This document shows positions 11,483-24,322 of a DNA stretch of 47,725 bases, piece by piece (positions within the stretch are counted from its first letter, which is position 1; every line of letters starts with the position of its first letter). Below the pieces are notes generated by a model that did no database searches, was not told where the DNA came from, and saw only the letters and a list, made by a program, of their open reading frames with translations. Position numbers and translations under genes: made by a program. Origin of the DNA: Folioceros fuciformis (Eukaryota); contig JBNGIO010006247.1 of the NCBI GenBank assembly GCA_049999805.1, forward strand, positions 1 to 47,725. The letters are read 5' to 3'.

Positions 11483-12969
11483 ATGCTCTACGTGGTGGGT
11501 TTGGGGCTCGGGGATGAGCGGGACATCACGCTCAGGGGCTTGGATGCTGTGCGGAAATGCGACACGGTTTATTTAGAGGCTTACACTTCCCTGCTGGCGC
11601 TCGGTCTCGGCTCTTCTGCCACAGCTACTCTGGTTAGACATGCACGGCCATTGCCTCTGCTTCCACAGCATGCTGGATGACGGGGAATATTGGACTTGCC
11701 TGACCAGTACACAGTGCAGGAAAAACTGTATGGAAGGCCCGTGATTGTTGCAGACCGGGAGATGGTAGAACAAGGCGCAGAAGCCATTCTCGAAGAGGCT
11801 CGCAATGCAGATGTGGCTTTCCTTGTGGTTGGCGATCCTTTTGGGTGAGATTTCATAGCATTTGCCGTTTGCTTTGTTGGTAGTTGCAGGGAATGCTGAT
11901 CGGTTTTCGTGCGGTTGACAGGGCAACCACTCACACAGATTTGCTCGTCCGAGCGAAACAGATGGGTGTGGAATTTGAGGTTGTGCACAATGCTTCTGTG
12001 ATGAATGCCGTTGGGTCCTGTGGATTACAGCTCTATCGGTTTGGAGAGACAATTTCCATACCTTTTTTCACAGATACATGGAGACCTGACAGCTTTTACG
12101 ATAAAGTGAAGGTCAACCGAGACGTTGGACTGCACACCTTATGCCTCCTCGGTATGTTTCCCTGCCTTGTCAAGGCTTCATGCAAGAGAGCTGGTGCTGG
12201 GGACTGATTATGCTTCTCCGTGTGCTTGTGGCAGACATACGTGTAAAGGAACCGTCTGTTGAAGCCCTGTGTAGGTGAGAAATGGGCTTCTGTATGAAGA
12301 TGCGTGCCTCCGATGATACCCCTAACGCTTTCCTTCTCTCCCTGGAGAAAGGTGATGGCCTATGCGTTGAAGGAGATTAACAAATCCAGTACTTGGTAGA
12401 GCAGTGATGATGTATGCAAGTTCTAGTTTTCCAGACATCCGTTATGAATCCATGTCATGCTCTCATGATGTGTCACGATCGCAGGGGGAAGAAGGAGTAC
12501 GAACCACCCAGATACATGACCGTGAACACCGCCCTAGAGCAACTGCTGGAGATTGAAGAACAGCGGAGTGAGAAAGGTTTTGTTTCCAATCTTTCCTTCT
12601 GTTCGGCTTAAGTCCCCATCCTTCCATCTATTTGGTTGTGATCCTGATCTTCCCTCTGTACGGTTTTACTCCTCATCCTTCCTTCTGCGTGGGTTTGATT
12701 CTTCTCTTCCCCAGGAGAATGATGAGGAAAGCTGGCTGGGTTCGTAATTCTTCTTTGACCAATCACGCCCCTTATTTTATGCAGTACTGGATGGAGAGAC
12801 GCTCGCCGTGGGTCTAGCTCGGCTTGGGAATTCCTCCCAAAAGATAGTGGCGGGTTCTATAAAGGAGTTGCTGGATGTAGACTTCGGCCCTCCGCTTCAC
12901 TGCCTCGTAATCCCCGGGAGAGTTCATGTCATGGAAGAGGAAATGCTTGGCCACTACCGAAACACATAA
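11483..12969 (+). CDS. DPH5: Diphthine methyl ester synthase, 273 aa, 6 exons (11483-11632, 11720-11844, 11922-12151, 12235-12274, 12485-12576, 12785-12969)
   Basis: [87 protein letters not shown] and [13 protein letters not shown]. All introns are GT-AG, and the exons sum to 822 nt in frame. Confidence 0.97.
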
Positions 12970-13148
12970 CGAGGAGATTGTTCATTCGAGAAAAACCTTG
13001 CAGGATAGCTGGTGAAGAAACTTAGCGCTGACTGCCTTCGAGGAGAATGTCCTGAACGCTGGGATTTGGATTCAATTAACCGCTTACAGAGGTGCACCAG
13101 AACTATGATGCAATTCCTGCTACTACTCAATTACAAACCTTACGTCTG

Positions 13149-15234
13149 TCACAATTTCTTCTCCTTGAAGGCATCACCACTAGGGACAGACCACTGGGCC
13201 CAATTACAATACACCGCGAGTGACACGAAGTGTACAAAACAGAAACAGGTGATTAAGGCATCGAAAAGGTACGGATATCTCGACGGAGCTGCGATTGTCA
13301 GATATGATACATGAAGCACCGTTCCGTAGCTGACAGAAAGCACAGCGACATAGTGTAGCACCCTGCTATACCAGTGATGCTTTTGGCTCTCATCTTCTGC
13401 CGACGGAGAGGCTGAGGAAACGAGATAGAACAGGCAGAGGAGTGCCAGGTAAGGGACAAATAGTCCATCCCTGCGAAGAAGTGGCAACATGGAAAACGTA
13501 GCCAGAGGTATAAACCACCTGATCACCGCTGGCTTCTCGAGGACTAAAAGACTGGCTGGAAGAACCGGTAGCAAAACTGACTTCTCGTGGACTGCAAACG
13601 TCACAATGAGATCGTACTCAGACTTCAGCTACACAGAAATCAAAGTGAAATCCCACTGCTAGCTACAAACTGTTTGCATGCACAACATGCCTCCAAAAGA
13701 CGGACACACCTTGATAGGCAAACAGGTAGAAAGCAAAAGAGCTGTTCAGCATGGCGAGAACAAAGCCCTTTGCACTGGGAGCCAATATCTGCTGAATCAT
13801 GGACGGCAGTGCTGCTGCCACAGTAGCTGCAAGCGACAGAGATGCTAATCTTTGCATGGGAAGCAGCTGTTTCCACTTGATGACAAGGGATGTCCCACAC
13901 CAGAAATTCGCCACATAATCCTCGTAGATGCCGCGCTCTAACGGAGCAAGGCGTAGCAAGACCTGCGTTATTTCAGGTCGCAACGCTGTCAAAAAAGTGG
14001 TTGGCAATTCGAATCCACCACTAGAAATTCACGGGACTAAGAACAATCCTGTCAATCCTCGAACCAACCTCTGATGCAGCCTCCTTCGAAAGATACGGCA
14101 ACCAGCAAAGCCCAAAAGTTGCGAGGACTGTGCATCCTAGTTGGAAAACCCCGAGTAAAGGGTGCCTTTTTTGCAAACAACGTCCTAAGAGATGGGCAAA
14201 AAACGCAGGAGCATAGTAGGCACTCATCTGCAGGGAATCGACCAGCCCCGTCATCAAGAAGGCCAGGTTCTCACCAAGGGAATTAGGGCTCATGATCATA
14301 AACAATGCGTACCTGCTTGTGATTCAAGGAAAGAGAGAACAACACACAGGCAAATAACTCTCTCCTTGCGAGAACGGCTGTGGCGGCGGCAGCAGCAAGT
14401 CCCAAGCTGATACAGTTATACTGTCGAGGTACCAAACACATGTCACAAGGTTTTGAAGGAGAAGACAACATAACTACGTATAGACAATTCAACCTGCATG
14501 AACTTTCTCACATGAAGAAACGAAAGACTTAAGACCTGAAAGTGCCCATGATCAATAAGAATGAGGGGCGGTTGAAGCAGAATGACGGCCAGCACCCAAA
14601 AACGTTCTTGTTCAGCTCGACTGCGGTAGTAGACCGCAACTAAACACAACACTGCTGGTATAAAGACAAGGAGGTCTGATGTCAAGACCGTCCAACGCAT
14701 GAGAATCTTGCTGCGCCCTTCACAAAACACGATCGTTAAATTAGAAGGTGTGCCAACCCCGTCGTCATTGACATTCAGCTGCAACCAGGACGGACCTGTT
14801 GGCCGACTCATAACCCCGGGAACTGTGAAGTGCAACTGCTTGGGGCTCGAACCACTGCATCATCAGACCGTGCACATAACTCTGGTATGCAGTGAGAGGA
14901 GGGTAATCGAGACCCCAGTAGCTGAGATCGTTGTCCACAGAGGGCCTGTACCACTCCCGAGCAGGAGTGTGCACGGTTATCTCCATCCAATGTCGCTGAG
15001 CTTCATAGTCACCAAATTTCGGACCATTTGCTGCCCCTGGTACAATGCAAGTCTGCACAACTTGACAACCAACAAGAATTGAGCAGGAAGGAGCGACAAA
15101 TCATGGAGAAGGAACCTACCGGAGTAGGAATGCAGGGAAACTAAGAGGCGAATGAACACTGCGAGTGCACACAGCATCGCCGTTGCAACCCCAGGTTGGC
15201 GGGAAACCCACCACCAGCTGCCCCCGTCCGCCAT
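13149..15234 (-). CDS. ALG6: Dolichyl-PP-Man9GlcNAc2 alpha-1,3-glucosyltransferase (ALG6/ALG8 family, ALG6 type), multi-exon
   Basis: PKFGDYEAQRHWMEIT, YWGLDYPPLTAYQS, LIDHGHFQ|YNCISLG, NHKQ|MSAYYAPAFF, RGIYEDYVANFWC, FAYQ|VHEKSVLLP and RYPYLF, joined across short GT-AG introns. Confidence 0.95.
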
Positions 15235-15469
15235 GGCATATAATCGACTGCCCTACATTCACCTTGTTATTGTAATTGACAGAGAAAATTGGACCCCTGA
15301 CTCTTCCTGTGCCGCCGTACCTTTGTTAGTTCGATACCCTAATCGTGCAGAGTGGAAAGCACTTGTTACCGGAATTGACATGGAAAAGCCCTGGACACTT
15401 TCTTCCCCGTCTTAGCGTTGTCATTTGAGTGGTCGTATCGGGCGACACAGAGGTGGAGAGCCAGGTGTT
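15235..15469. promoter_or_regulatory. Putative bidirectional promoter between ALG6 and the COX-X3-like gene
   Basis: The divergent ATGs at 15234 (-) and 15470 (+) are separated by only 235 bp. A telo-box-like accctaat lies near 15336. Confidence 0.5.
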
Positions 15470-16046
15470 ATGGCGACAGCGGCAGCAGCTGCGGCAGCCA
15501 GGAATGGCAGGATCGCAGCTTCTAGGATCTTCGCTCCCTCTGGTGCTTCAACTCGTCCTCAGTCTTCTTGCCACCCGTTTCCTTGTTGCCTTGTGGCAAG
15601 GAAGGGCACATGCTGCTGTTTGATGATGCCGAAATTTTGATGCTGACACAGGGAGTTGCTTCCGGAAGCTGTTTACAATGTTTTGCTACATGAGTTGCAT
15701 CAGGACCGTCAGGGTTTCAGCTACCTTGCCACCTCCTACTCAAGCTTTGTGCCAGCCACAGCTGAGCTTGTGTGTCAGTCTTTGGATAGGGTAATCAGCT
15801 GAAGATGGGATGGTCCAATTGCATTGTGCAGGGCTACGCGCCGCGCATTCCACAAGAGCCAACCAGATGGGATCCAAGGCAGAGTCAAGCTACGAGGACT
15901 ACATCCACGCGGAGCACATGTACAACTTGCAAGCCATGAAGTACCGGAAGCTCAAAATGGGCGTGGGGGTTTTCGGAGCTCTTGCCGTCGGGTCTTTTCT
16001 CCCTGTCTTCGTTGTTCTGCACTCCAACAAGAAGATGGGGTTGTAA
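15470..16046 (+). CDS. Small mitochondrial single-TM protein, Arabidopsis At1g72020 (COX-X3)-like, 95 aa; exons 15470-15542 and 15832-16046
   Basis: An Ala/Arg-rich presequence is followed by YIHAEHMYNLQAMKYRKLKMGVGVFGALAVG...PVFVV, resembling the recalled YLHAKHMYNLDRMKY...VF.A...G.GVPIFAV. A phase-1 GT-AG intron joins the exons in frame. Confidence 0.8.
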
Positions 16047-16811
16047 GCATCAACATGGTCGGAGAGATGTAGCGGGTGGATTTCCGATGACTCCTGTGTA
16101 GCCCAGAGAGCTGTCACCCGGGAGGTGAAGCGTAGAGCAATTTTTTCTCCTGCTGATTTGTGGAATTCTCACAGTTTGGGGCTTCATCGGCTCGAGTATG
16201 TCACATGGGGTGAAGATAACGTACATATGTCTGAGTGTGCGACCCAAGCCTCGGCCAGCAAACTTGCGCTCTCGAATGTTTGTATGGTACGTGGCAAACC
16301 AGCATAAAAATCTGGTTTGCGCGGGTTTGTGATGCTAAGATGAGTCGTGGTAAACCACCATGGAAATGTGGTTTATGCTGGTTTGCCACGAAGCCCGGCT
16401 ACGTGCCCAAAGCTAAGATATTTTGGCCTACTCACCCACGCAACCAGCTGACCCAAGCATACTGTTACCAGGGCTTGGAATTCTTCTAATGTCCTCAGTC
16501 CAAGTAGCTCAGTTTCGGCATCTCTAGTGCTGGTGGTTCCCGCCTGCAAACTCTTCCTCAAGGTAAGGGTGTCAAATCGTTCATTTCCGTACTGCTTCGG
16601 ACTCGTTTCTGTGCACGTCTGCCGCTCGTGCCTTGGTGTGTTCTTGGTCTGTCTGAATAATATTCCAACTTTGGACAATCCAGATCTCAAAGGCTCATAC
16701 GCAGCTGCGCTTTCGAGATTTGTGGCTGGCTGGCTTGTTGTGATGCAAGTGCGGAGAACGCCGTCGCGAATCGTAATCGGGCGGAGTTCGTGATTTCTGG
16801 AATAAGCGGGA

Positions 16812-17696
16812 ATGGCCGCGGTTTTGTCTCAGCACAGGGACCTGGGAACGCTTCTGCTGGGGCTGAGGAGCAACAGCCTAGCGTTAGGGAGTTCACAGTG
16901 TGAGGAGTTTTTGGGATTGATGACTAGTCGGAATATGCAAGTGAGAGGGCCCAATTCAGCTCGGCTTGCTGGGCAGCCTTGCTCCAGCTGCTTGGGTGGT
17001 CAGGATTTTGTTGCTGGCGTGAGTAATATTCGATGCTCTATGGATGACTTCTCCTCCTTGAGTGAAGATGGACCTAAAGAGCCAACGTTGCCCAAATTCA
17101 ACCGCCTGCCCTACAGCAGCACGGCCATAGCCAAGGCCATGGAGCCAACGGATGTTGCTGTGGATGCCAATTTGCGCACAGCTACGGGGAAGAGGAGAAG
17201 GGGCAGGCAGTACAAGAAGGCCACGCCAGCGCAAGTAAGGGCCTTGCTTCGCATCTACGGGATTATTGCACGGGCTTGTTTGTGAAGTGTTTGACGTGAT
17301 TGGATCTGGCCAGACAATTGCAGGATCGGTCATAGGAGCAGCTTGCGCTTTAGGGGTATTTAATGTGACTATGGAGGCGTACAATTACCTCCTGACAAAC
17401 CCGCCAGCGCATGACTTGCCAATGGGAATCACTGGGGAAGTGAACCAGCTTTTACTCACCGTGGTCAGTTTGGCCTCGTTCGCCCTATCTTCTGTCATGC
17501 TATTGGAAGTGTCAGTTGGTATACTTTTTCTTGTTCCAGTTGGTACTTGCTGATCCGGTCACATGCCATGTGCTGTGGACGACAGTTGACAGGCTTTGGA
17601 GGGCTAGCGGTGGGCATGTTCGCAGTGAGTAGCTTTGGTCTTCTATTACTCTCCATCAAACTTCTTGAGGCCCCACCGCCTCCTCCCAAGCCTTAG
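16812..17696 (+). CDS. DUF3082-like plastid membrane protein, 227 aa; exons 16812-17234, 17314-17463, 17586-17696
   Basis: A transit-peptide-like N-terminus is followed by ATPAQ|TIAGSVIGAACALG (TM1) and LLLTV|LTGFGGLAVGMFAVSSFGLLLLSIKLL (TM2), matching the DUF3082 layout. GT-AG introns keep the frame. Confidence 0.7.
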
Positions 17697-19129
17697 CGAG
17701 CCTAGCTCTCATGCTGCTCGCTTGCCTTGGGGGCTGCTGGCAGTTAGGACATGCCCCCCATCATGGTTAGTACACTTTAGAGTCCAACTTGATTGAGAAA
17801 TGCAGTATGCCTTTCTGCCCTGTTGATTGTCATGTAAATGGCTTGATAGCAGTTCCATTATTGTACATATTCTGTACAACAGTCTGTAACAGTAGCATGT
17901 AAGGTTGGACCCTCTTAAAACGGAATCGGCATGGCCTTCCACATTCTGCGAATCTGTCGAATAATATGTGTGATACAGGGCAAGGCATAATCAGTCCCTT
18001 CTCGTAACTGCAATCTGGTGCACAGGGCCATCATGCAAGTGAAACCCTCAACTGGAAGAGCCCGACTGAAGCCTCATCACCCGACGTTCCTCCTCCTCTA
18101 GATTCAGTTCCTCCACCTGTCGAAAGGAATGGCGTCATAAGACTTCTCAAAGTAGCAGGGGTTTCGCTACAGTGTTAACCAACTGCAACTTGAGATACCC
18201 GTGGTCTGAGCTGGAAGATGTTTATCGTAGCAATTGAGAGCCAGGTCCATGCAGCGCATCCACTGGTAGACTTCAGCGTTTGGATCCATCTCCTCCTCTA
18301 TTGCAAAACAGCGAATGAAATTCCATCAGCTGTGTGCAGGTCTGTAATTTGTCCGAGGCTGTCTACTCGGGAACTACACTTACGGATCGACACGACCGTT
18401 ATCTGTATCTGGCCTCGGAAGCTGGTAACACGTCCTTGAACTCTAAGAAGTCGTCCAAACCTCACCTGCTTAAAGGTAAGTCACTCATCGGATCCGACAC
18501 GAACTAACAAACAAATAGGCACACCGGATACCACCACAACACGCGGATACGCACACGCTGGGACAAAATAAGGGCAATCTGCGACTGCAACGCTAACTCC
18601 ACTCTCGTGCTGCTGCAAGCTTGCTCCCCTCCAGCGCGCATCCACAACACGCATTCCACACAGCCAGTGCCATCATCCACTGCAACAACAAATCTCCCTC
18701 AAAACAGCCGCTCCTCAACACCTGTTTACTACAGAAACTGGTGTGGGTGGCGAGTAGCACATGTGAAGCGCACATATCGCTCTCGCCGTTCCAACGCCAC
18801 CAGCAGGCCTACCATCTCCACCTTGCGTACAAACCGTCCGTTCCTCACAAAACTCCCTACCACACCGTGACCAGCCAACCACGCACTCACTGCAGTCAGA
18901 CCAAACAATCTCCTTCGTGCTGGAGCCCATTCATAGACAACGAACAGCAGTGCAAAAACCTGGCTGCTCCGGCACAGCCTGGAGGCTCAGGAAGTCGGAT
19001 GCCAGCAGGCACACATGGACACCTTCCATGCGTGTGCTGCGATGGCCGATGGACCGCAGGTGGTAAGCCGGAATGAAGGGAGGGCGGAGCAATTACTTGT
19101 CTGAAGGATTCGTTGAGGCAAGAAGTAAT

Positions 19130-20230
19130 TTATGTGTTGCTATTAAGGAATGATAAATCAGCGGGCGTGTACAAATGGTCGGGGGAAGCTAGAACGCCGG
19201 GCGAGGTGACGGCAGTCGAGCAGGATGGCGACGCCGACGCTGATACTGGTTCCGAGAAATCGTGGTAGTCGGCGAAGCTGAGGGGCGCGGTGGTGGCCTG
19301 CTGCGACGTGTATTTACCGCCGTAGTGCGGGTCCGTGAGGCTGGGCTGCTGCGACTTGCGCAGGAAATCCCCGGCGTTGGTCTTCTTGTTCATGAGCACC
19401 AGGCCGCACGCGGACTTGCTGAGAAAGTAGCGGGTGCTGCCCCCGAGATGGCGGTCCAGGATGATCCAGGTGGCCTGCAGCTCCCCCGCCTCCCGTACCA
19501 CCACACTCTTGAGCGGGTGGCCTGCCGTGATGCGCACCTCCATGTTCAGCTGCAACCCAGCAGCAGCAGACTGTCAGGCAAGCAAGCAAACAAGGACGGA
19601 AGGAAGGAAGGAAGGAGCGGAGTCCGAGGCAAGGCAGTGCAATGCAATGCACTGTCCTGCAACGAAAGCAGGACATACCCCCTTCTTCTGGCAGTAGAGG
19701 CGGCGGGCCAGGAGCTTCTTCTGGTACTCCAGGAGGCGCTGGGAGATCTCGTGCTCCAGGACGCGAGGGTTAACGCCGCTGAAGCCGTTGATGTCGGCCA
19801 GGATGTCCATGCCCAAGGGGCTCTTGATCTTGGTGATGACGCCCAGCACAACAAGCGTGTCCCCGGGCCACAGATCCATGTGCAGGAGGCCCCAGTCCAC
19901 CGCCTCGAACGTGAGCTTTTTGGTGGCGTCGAATGCGGCCACCACCGTGTGGGAGGCCGAGTCCCCGCAGTGCGAGATGACCACGCTCGACATAGTGTGC
20001 AGGGACTGTGTCTCCTTGCTGCGCCCGTTCCCGTTGCTGCTGGAGCGAAATCGGAATTTGCTTGATGGGGCGGACGGGCCCAGCCGGGACAGCAGGGAGC
20101 GCATGGAGAAGCGGGATGGGGAGGAGCCTGCGCTGGCCGGAGATGGCGTCCTGGCTGCGCCCTTGTGCGCTGGAGGCGCCCCGGTCCCCACCTTCTCCGT
20201 CTTGAGCTTCTCTGGGAAGAACTTGATCAT
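19130..20230 (-). CDS. USP-like (adenine nucleotide alpha-hydrolase-like) domain protein, copy 1; exons 20230-19679 and 19549-19130 (true start may lie further upstream)
   Basis: VVAAFDATKKLTFEAVDWGL..PGDTLVVLGV and EVRITAGHPLKSVVVREA..QATWIILDRHL..CGLVLM resemble the N-terminal USP-like domain of SELMODRAFT_444075-type kinases. There is a GT-AG intron after KKG. Confidence 0.75.
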
Positions 20231-20899
20231 GTCCTCCTCCTCCAGTCTCGGGAAGCTTGGCTCCTCCCAGCATTTGTCTGCAACATGGCCGGGGCTGTAA
20301 GGGAACCTGCTGTTCCTGCCCGGGATGTGTGTGACAGGATATTGGAAACAAGCTTACCCATACGCTGTGAGGAACTGTAGCTGCGTGAGTGAGGGGTTGC
20401 TCCCTCGCTACTCGTCAATAGCCTGGGAGCAGATCGGAAAGTGTGTGAGAGGGTGTCAGCTCTTCTCCACTGATGGAAATTGAGAGACAGGCAGGGCAGG
20501 TTTGTGGCAGCAATGTGCTCTAGAGGGGCAGACGTAATGCGAACCTTAGAGCCTCAAGTGGAGCATCCTGCTGGTCTGAGAAGGAATCTCTGTTAGGACT
20601 TGTGCCCTTTTCTCTGTCGAAAACCGAGGCAAGGAACATGGTGAGGGTGGAGTGTGGTCAGGAAGTATGGAAAGTCTCTCTCCCTCTCTCATGAAGCTTG
20701 AGGCATACCTTTCAGACGGAGTTGCAGCCCACTGCTGGACCCTGCCATTGATCGTAACATCTGAAGAGTCCTCCCTGAAATGAAAAACACAGGCAGACCA
20801 GTGGTTGAGGGATCGGGGAACAGGTATGGGTCGTCACGCACATAACGCCCGACTGCAGCTGCTTGTTGGGTACGGAGCTGGTCAGAACCTTGGTGGTGA

Positions 20900-23800
20900 G
20901 GCGTGGGGCGTACTGGAATCTTTTCTGTTATTAGTATCGTCCCTCACAGCGTTGTCCATGTCCAAGTCTGACTGCCCGGCATTCTTTCCCTCATCTGTGC
21001 CCCCGCCGCTCTGTGCATTTGCATATGTTGCTCCTTCCTGCTGGGGATCTCGTGCATGCTCGATGTACATGCGGTTTGCAATTTCCCTACATGGCCATGG
21101 AGCGAGGGTGTTAAGTATGAAACTCGAGATGGCCCTACTGTTGCTCTTGGAGGAGCATTTTTGGTGGCACCGTACCTGTCAGGTGAACGTGGAGTCGTTG
21201 TGTCTAGTTCGTTGAAATGAAGAGCTGAGTGGGCAGAATCGATCTCATTTTTGTTGAAATATGCCTTCATGGATCTGATCTTGCTGCAGAGCCAGTTTTT
21301 GTCCTGTGAGGGCATGTCGTAGTTGCTCACACCACAGTTCCTCTCCAAGACTCGCGCATGAGAATTACGACGACCGGTCGTGCAAACTCATTCACATACC
21401 TTGTCGGTAAAAGTTGTACCAAGAACCAGGTGACCATCCATACGATTGGCACCGAGGGCAAGTTCTCCTTCGTAGCCCCATTGTTAGGACTCCGTGAAGA
21501 CTCCACCACGAGGGCCAGCATCAGAAAAACCCAGGCACACGGGGTGGACATCCAGGCCAGGGAACCTGCCACTTCGCTGCTTCAGCTACGCTACTTCACA
21601 AGAGGGTCCATGATTACGGGCCAATCATTCCACAACCCAGCCCTCTACTGGTACCTGTAATCGCAAGATTATATATAGGCTGCTGCAGCTGAAGAGATGT
21701 GCCCTGGCTTCTAACCATGAGGGAGTAGCCATCTTGAGAAATTGTTTTGGTCGCAAACATTGTCAACGAGTTTGATCTGTCAAGACCATCTTCAGGCAAT
21801 GTTGCTACCAGCACCTCTGATTCCCTAGCACGCTGAACATGTGGCCAATCTCTCACTTTTGCAGCCTAGAAGTGATGACAGGTCTGTACTAATACCTTTC
21901 ATTCCATGACCTCACTCGTCTCTACTTGAACATCGCAAAGGGCATCGCACATCTTTAAAAGAGTATTTATATGAAGTAAAAAATCGATAGCGTCCGTTTG
22001 TTTCGTACCTCGGTCCCTGGCCAGAACACCTCCAAGGGTGTCGCCTTGTTTCCAGCCGTTACGGCCGTTATCTCAGATCCTCTTAAGTGCTGGCCTTTGA
22101 TTGAAACCATCCCTGAGCCACACACACATATTTGTTCACAACGCAAATCAAGTAGACTGAGCACAATGCAGGATAGGCGATGGTCCAGCACATACTGTCA
22201 TTGATGTATGACACCTCGTGGATCTGAGGAACTTTGTGCGCCTCCTCGAACTTGAGTAGCCTCAAATTCTCACCTGCCCAACACCGCAGACGGGGAAAAG
22301 AATTCAATCGGGATACAAGATTGGCGCAACTTTGGGATGCCCAACAACAAAGCAAGCTTCCCTGAGCTTACCGAACTTGAAAAAAATGCCCCAGCTCTCA
22401 ACTTGGAGGGTGCTGGTGTCGTCCACATCTATGCACCTCCACAGTAACTTCGTGAGATGTTCAAAAACACCCTCCTGTACAAGAACTGTGGTCCCAAGAA
22501 GCTCGCCCGCGCCCGACAATATTTGCAGGTCGTCGTGTGGAAGATTTTCTTGTTTCATGTTGTCCATGAAGTGCTGCAGGTGCCTTTTTCCACTCGCTCC
22601 GATGTCCAGAATGATGCGAGCTTTAACTTCCACGATATCATATTTCGCTCTTGTAGCTGAGGTTGCCTGATTGTGTGCGAGCCTCAACTCTGTCGGGTTC
22701 TTTCTCGAAACGCTGTCAGGCGTCCTGTCAATGAGCCATCTTTGCAGTGCTTCATTCAATGGTTGGGTCAGGGAACGGCTGTGGTTGCAGGCCGTCACGG
22801 TGTCGTCTTCCAGTAAGGCAAACCACCTACATCTGGGGAACATCCTCTCGCAAAGCCATGCTATTGTTGCTATCAGAACATGGGCTAGTAGAGTGGAGCC
22901 TGCCATGCTGGTGCTGGCTCAGCTCTGTTTCCCCACGATATGGATTTCAACCTCCTGTCATTAGCGCGCGACAAAGATTCGAGAGCGAAGGAACGTTGTG
23001 GCACACAGTCGAGTACCCCATTGTGAGAGTTGTGGTCACGACTGTATTAATGCTGCAGCTAAGCTTCATCTCAATGTACAGCTCTCACGACGGCGGCTGC
23101 CTGCCTTACGCGAAGCATCATATAATCCCACACCAGATGAGTCTCATCCCAACAACGATCAATTTGTTGACGCGATTTCACAATCCTGTTTCCAGGGCAA
23201 GTGCACCCACCACACACAATTCATGAACCTTTCTTTGCTGGCACATATTCTGGGACGTCACAGGCAAGTTCACATCTGGATGTTTCCAGAAGCTGGAAGA
23301 CAAGCTAGGAGGAAGTGGTGTTGCTTACCTCGTTTGTCCAGGAACTGGTGGAAAGCAAACAGTCCCTTGGGCCACAAACCACGCTGATTCTGAACGAGTG
23401 TGATGTCAAAATAGGGTTATATTCGGGGCATATCCTGTTTGAGCTCGGAAGCAGAGGGATGCGTTCAGCGCTAGGATGGAGGCACATCACACCATTCATG
23501 AAAAGCAGAGTCTCCAAGGAAGCAAACGTTGTTTGTAGTTTCTCGAGGAAAAGACCCCTTCCAAACCTCACATTTCTGTTGAGCTGCCTAGAGTCTCGAG
23601 ATAAACATGCCCCGCACGCGTTTGACCAGTAAGAATATATTTCATCTTCCGTGCGTCTGTGATGCAGGTTGACGGGTGGGTTCTGATTCCACACCTCAAC
23701 GCTGTCATTACCTTGGGGATCATCTTTTACTCAAATCCTGGCCAACTAGAACCGCTCCCCGCAGTCAGACTTTTGAGAATCTTCCTGTTTCTGTGTCTGG

Positions 23801-24111
23801 ATTCCTACTAATCCCAAGATTCCCCACACTGATCCTGTGTATTTAAGGGGCTGGTCCTGATGAACGTACCTATTCCCTCATCCTCAATGATTATGACCTC
23901 CAGTCTCCTGAGGGCCGGGCCCCCACGAGAGAGCCTCAATTTGGCGTTCGAGTGTAAAACCCAGGTTAAACTTAGTCTGGAAAGGAGTTGGGCGCGGTAT
24001 TCCAAGAGTATCCACTTGTCCAGAGGACTTTGGGGCCCAGGGACGAAGGGCCCCTTCGATCGGAGAATATCCATCTTGTACAGTCATTTGCCACACTACA
24101 GGGGGACTCAT
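20900..24111 (-). pseudogene. Probable decayed coding sequence of unknown family
   Basis: A chain of protein-like minus-strand ORFs (23884..24111, 23808..24074, 23305..23694, 22304..22906, 21614..21856, 20944..21348) is broken by stops and frameshifts. No motif was recognised. Confidence 0.35.
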
Positions 24112-24198
24112 CTTGACGGGGTCTGTGGCAAAGACCGTCTTCCGTGGAAAAAGCTACACTTGCTGTTCAAGTCCTAAACCTAAAGTCTCTACACAGAC

Positions 24199-24312
24199 TG
24201 CAACATGTCCAGAATCATGCAACATGTCCAGAATCATGCAACATGNNNNNNNNNNAACATGTCCAGAATCATGCAACATGTCCAGAATCATGCAACATGT
24301 CCGGAATCATGT
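24199..24312. repeat. 19-bp tandem repeat spanning an assembly gap (N at 24246-24255)
   Basis: tgcaacatgtccagaatca repeats on both sides of the N run. Confidence 0.9.
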
Positions 24313-24322
24313 TGCTTCAGGG

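Noticed and set aside
19262-20351. Long overlapping ORFs (19262..20065 +, 19770..20351 -)
   Set aside because: Shadow frames of the high-GC USP-like CDS.
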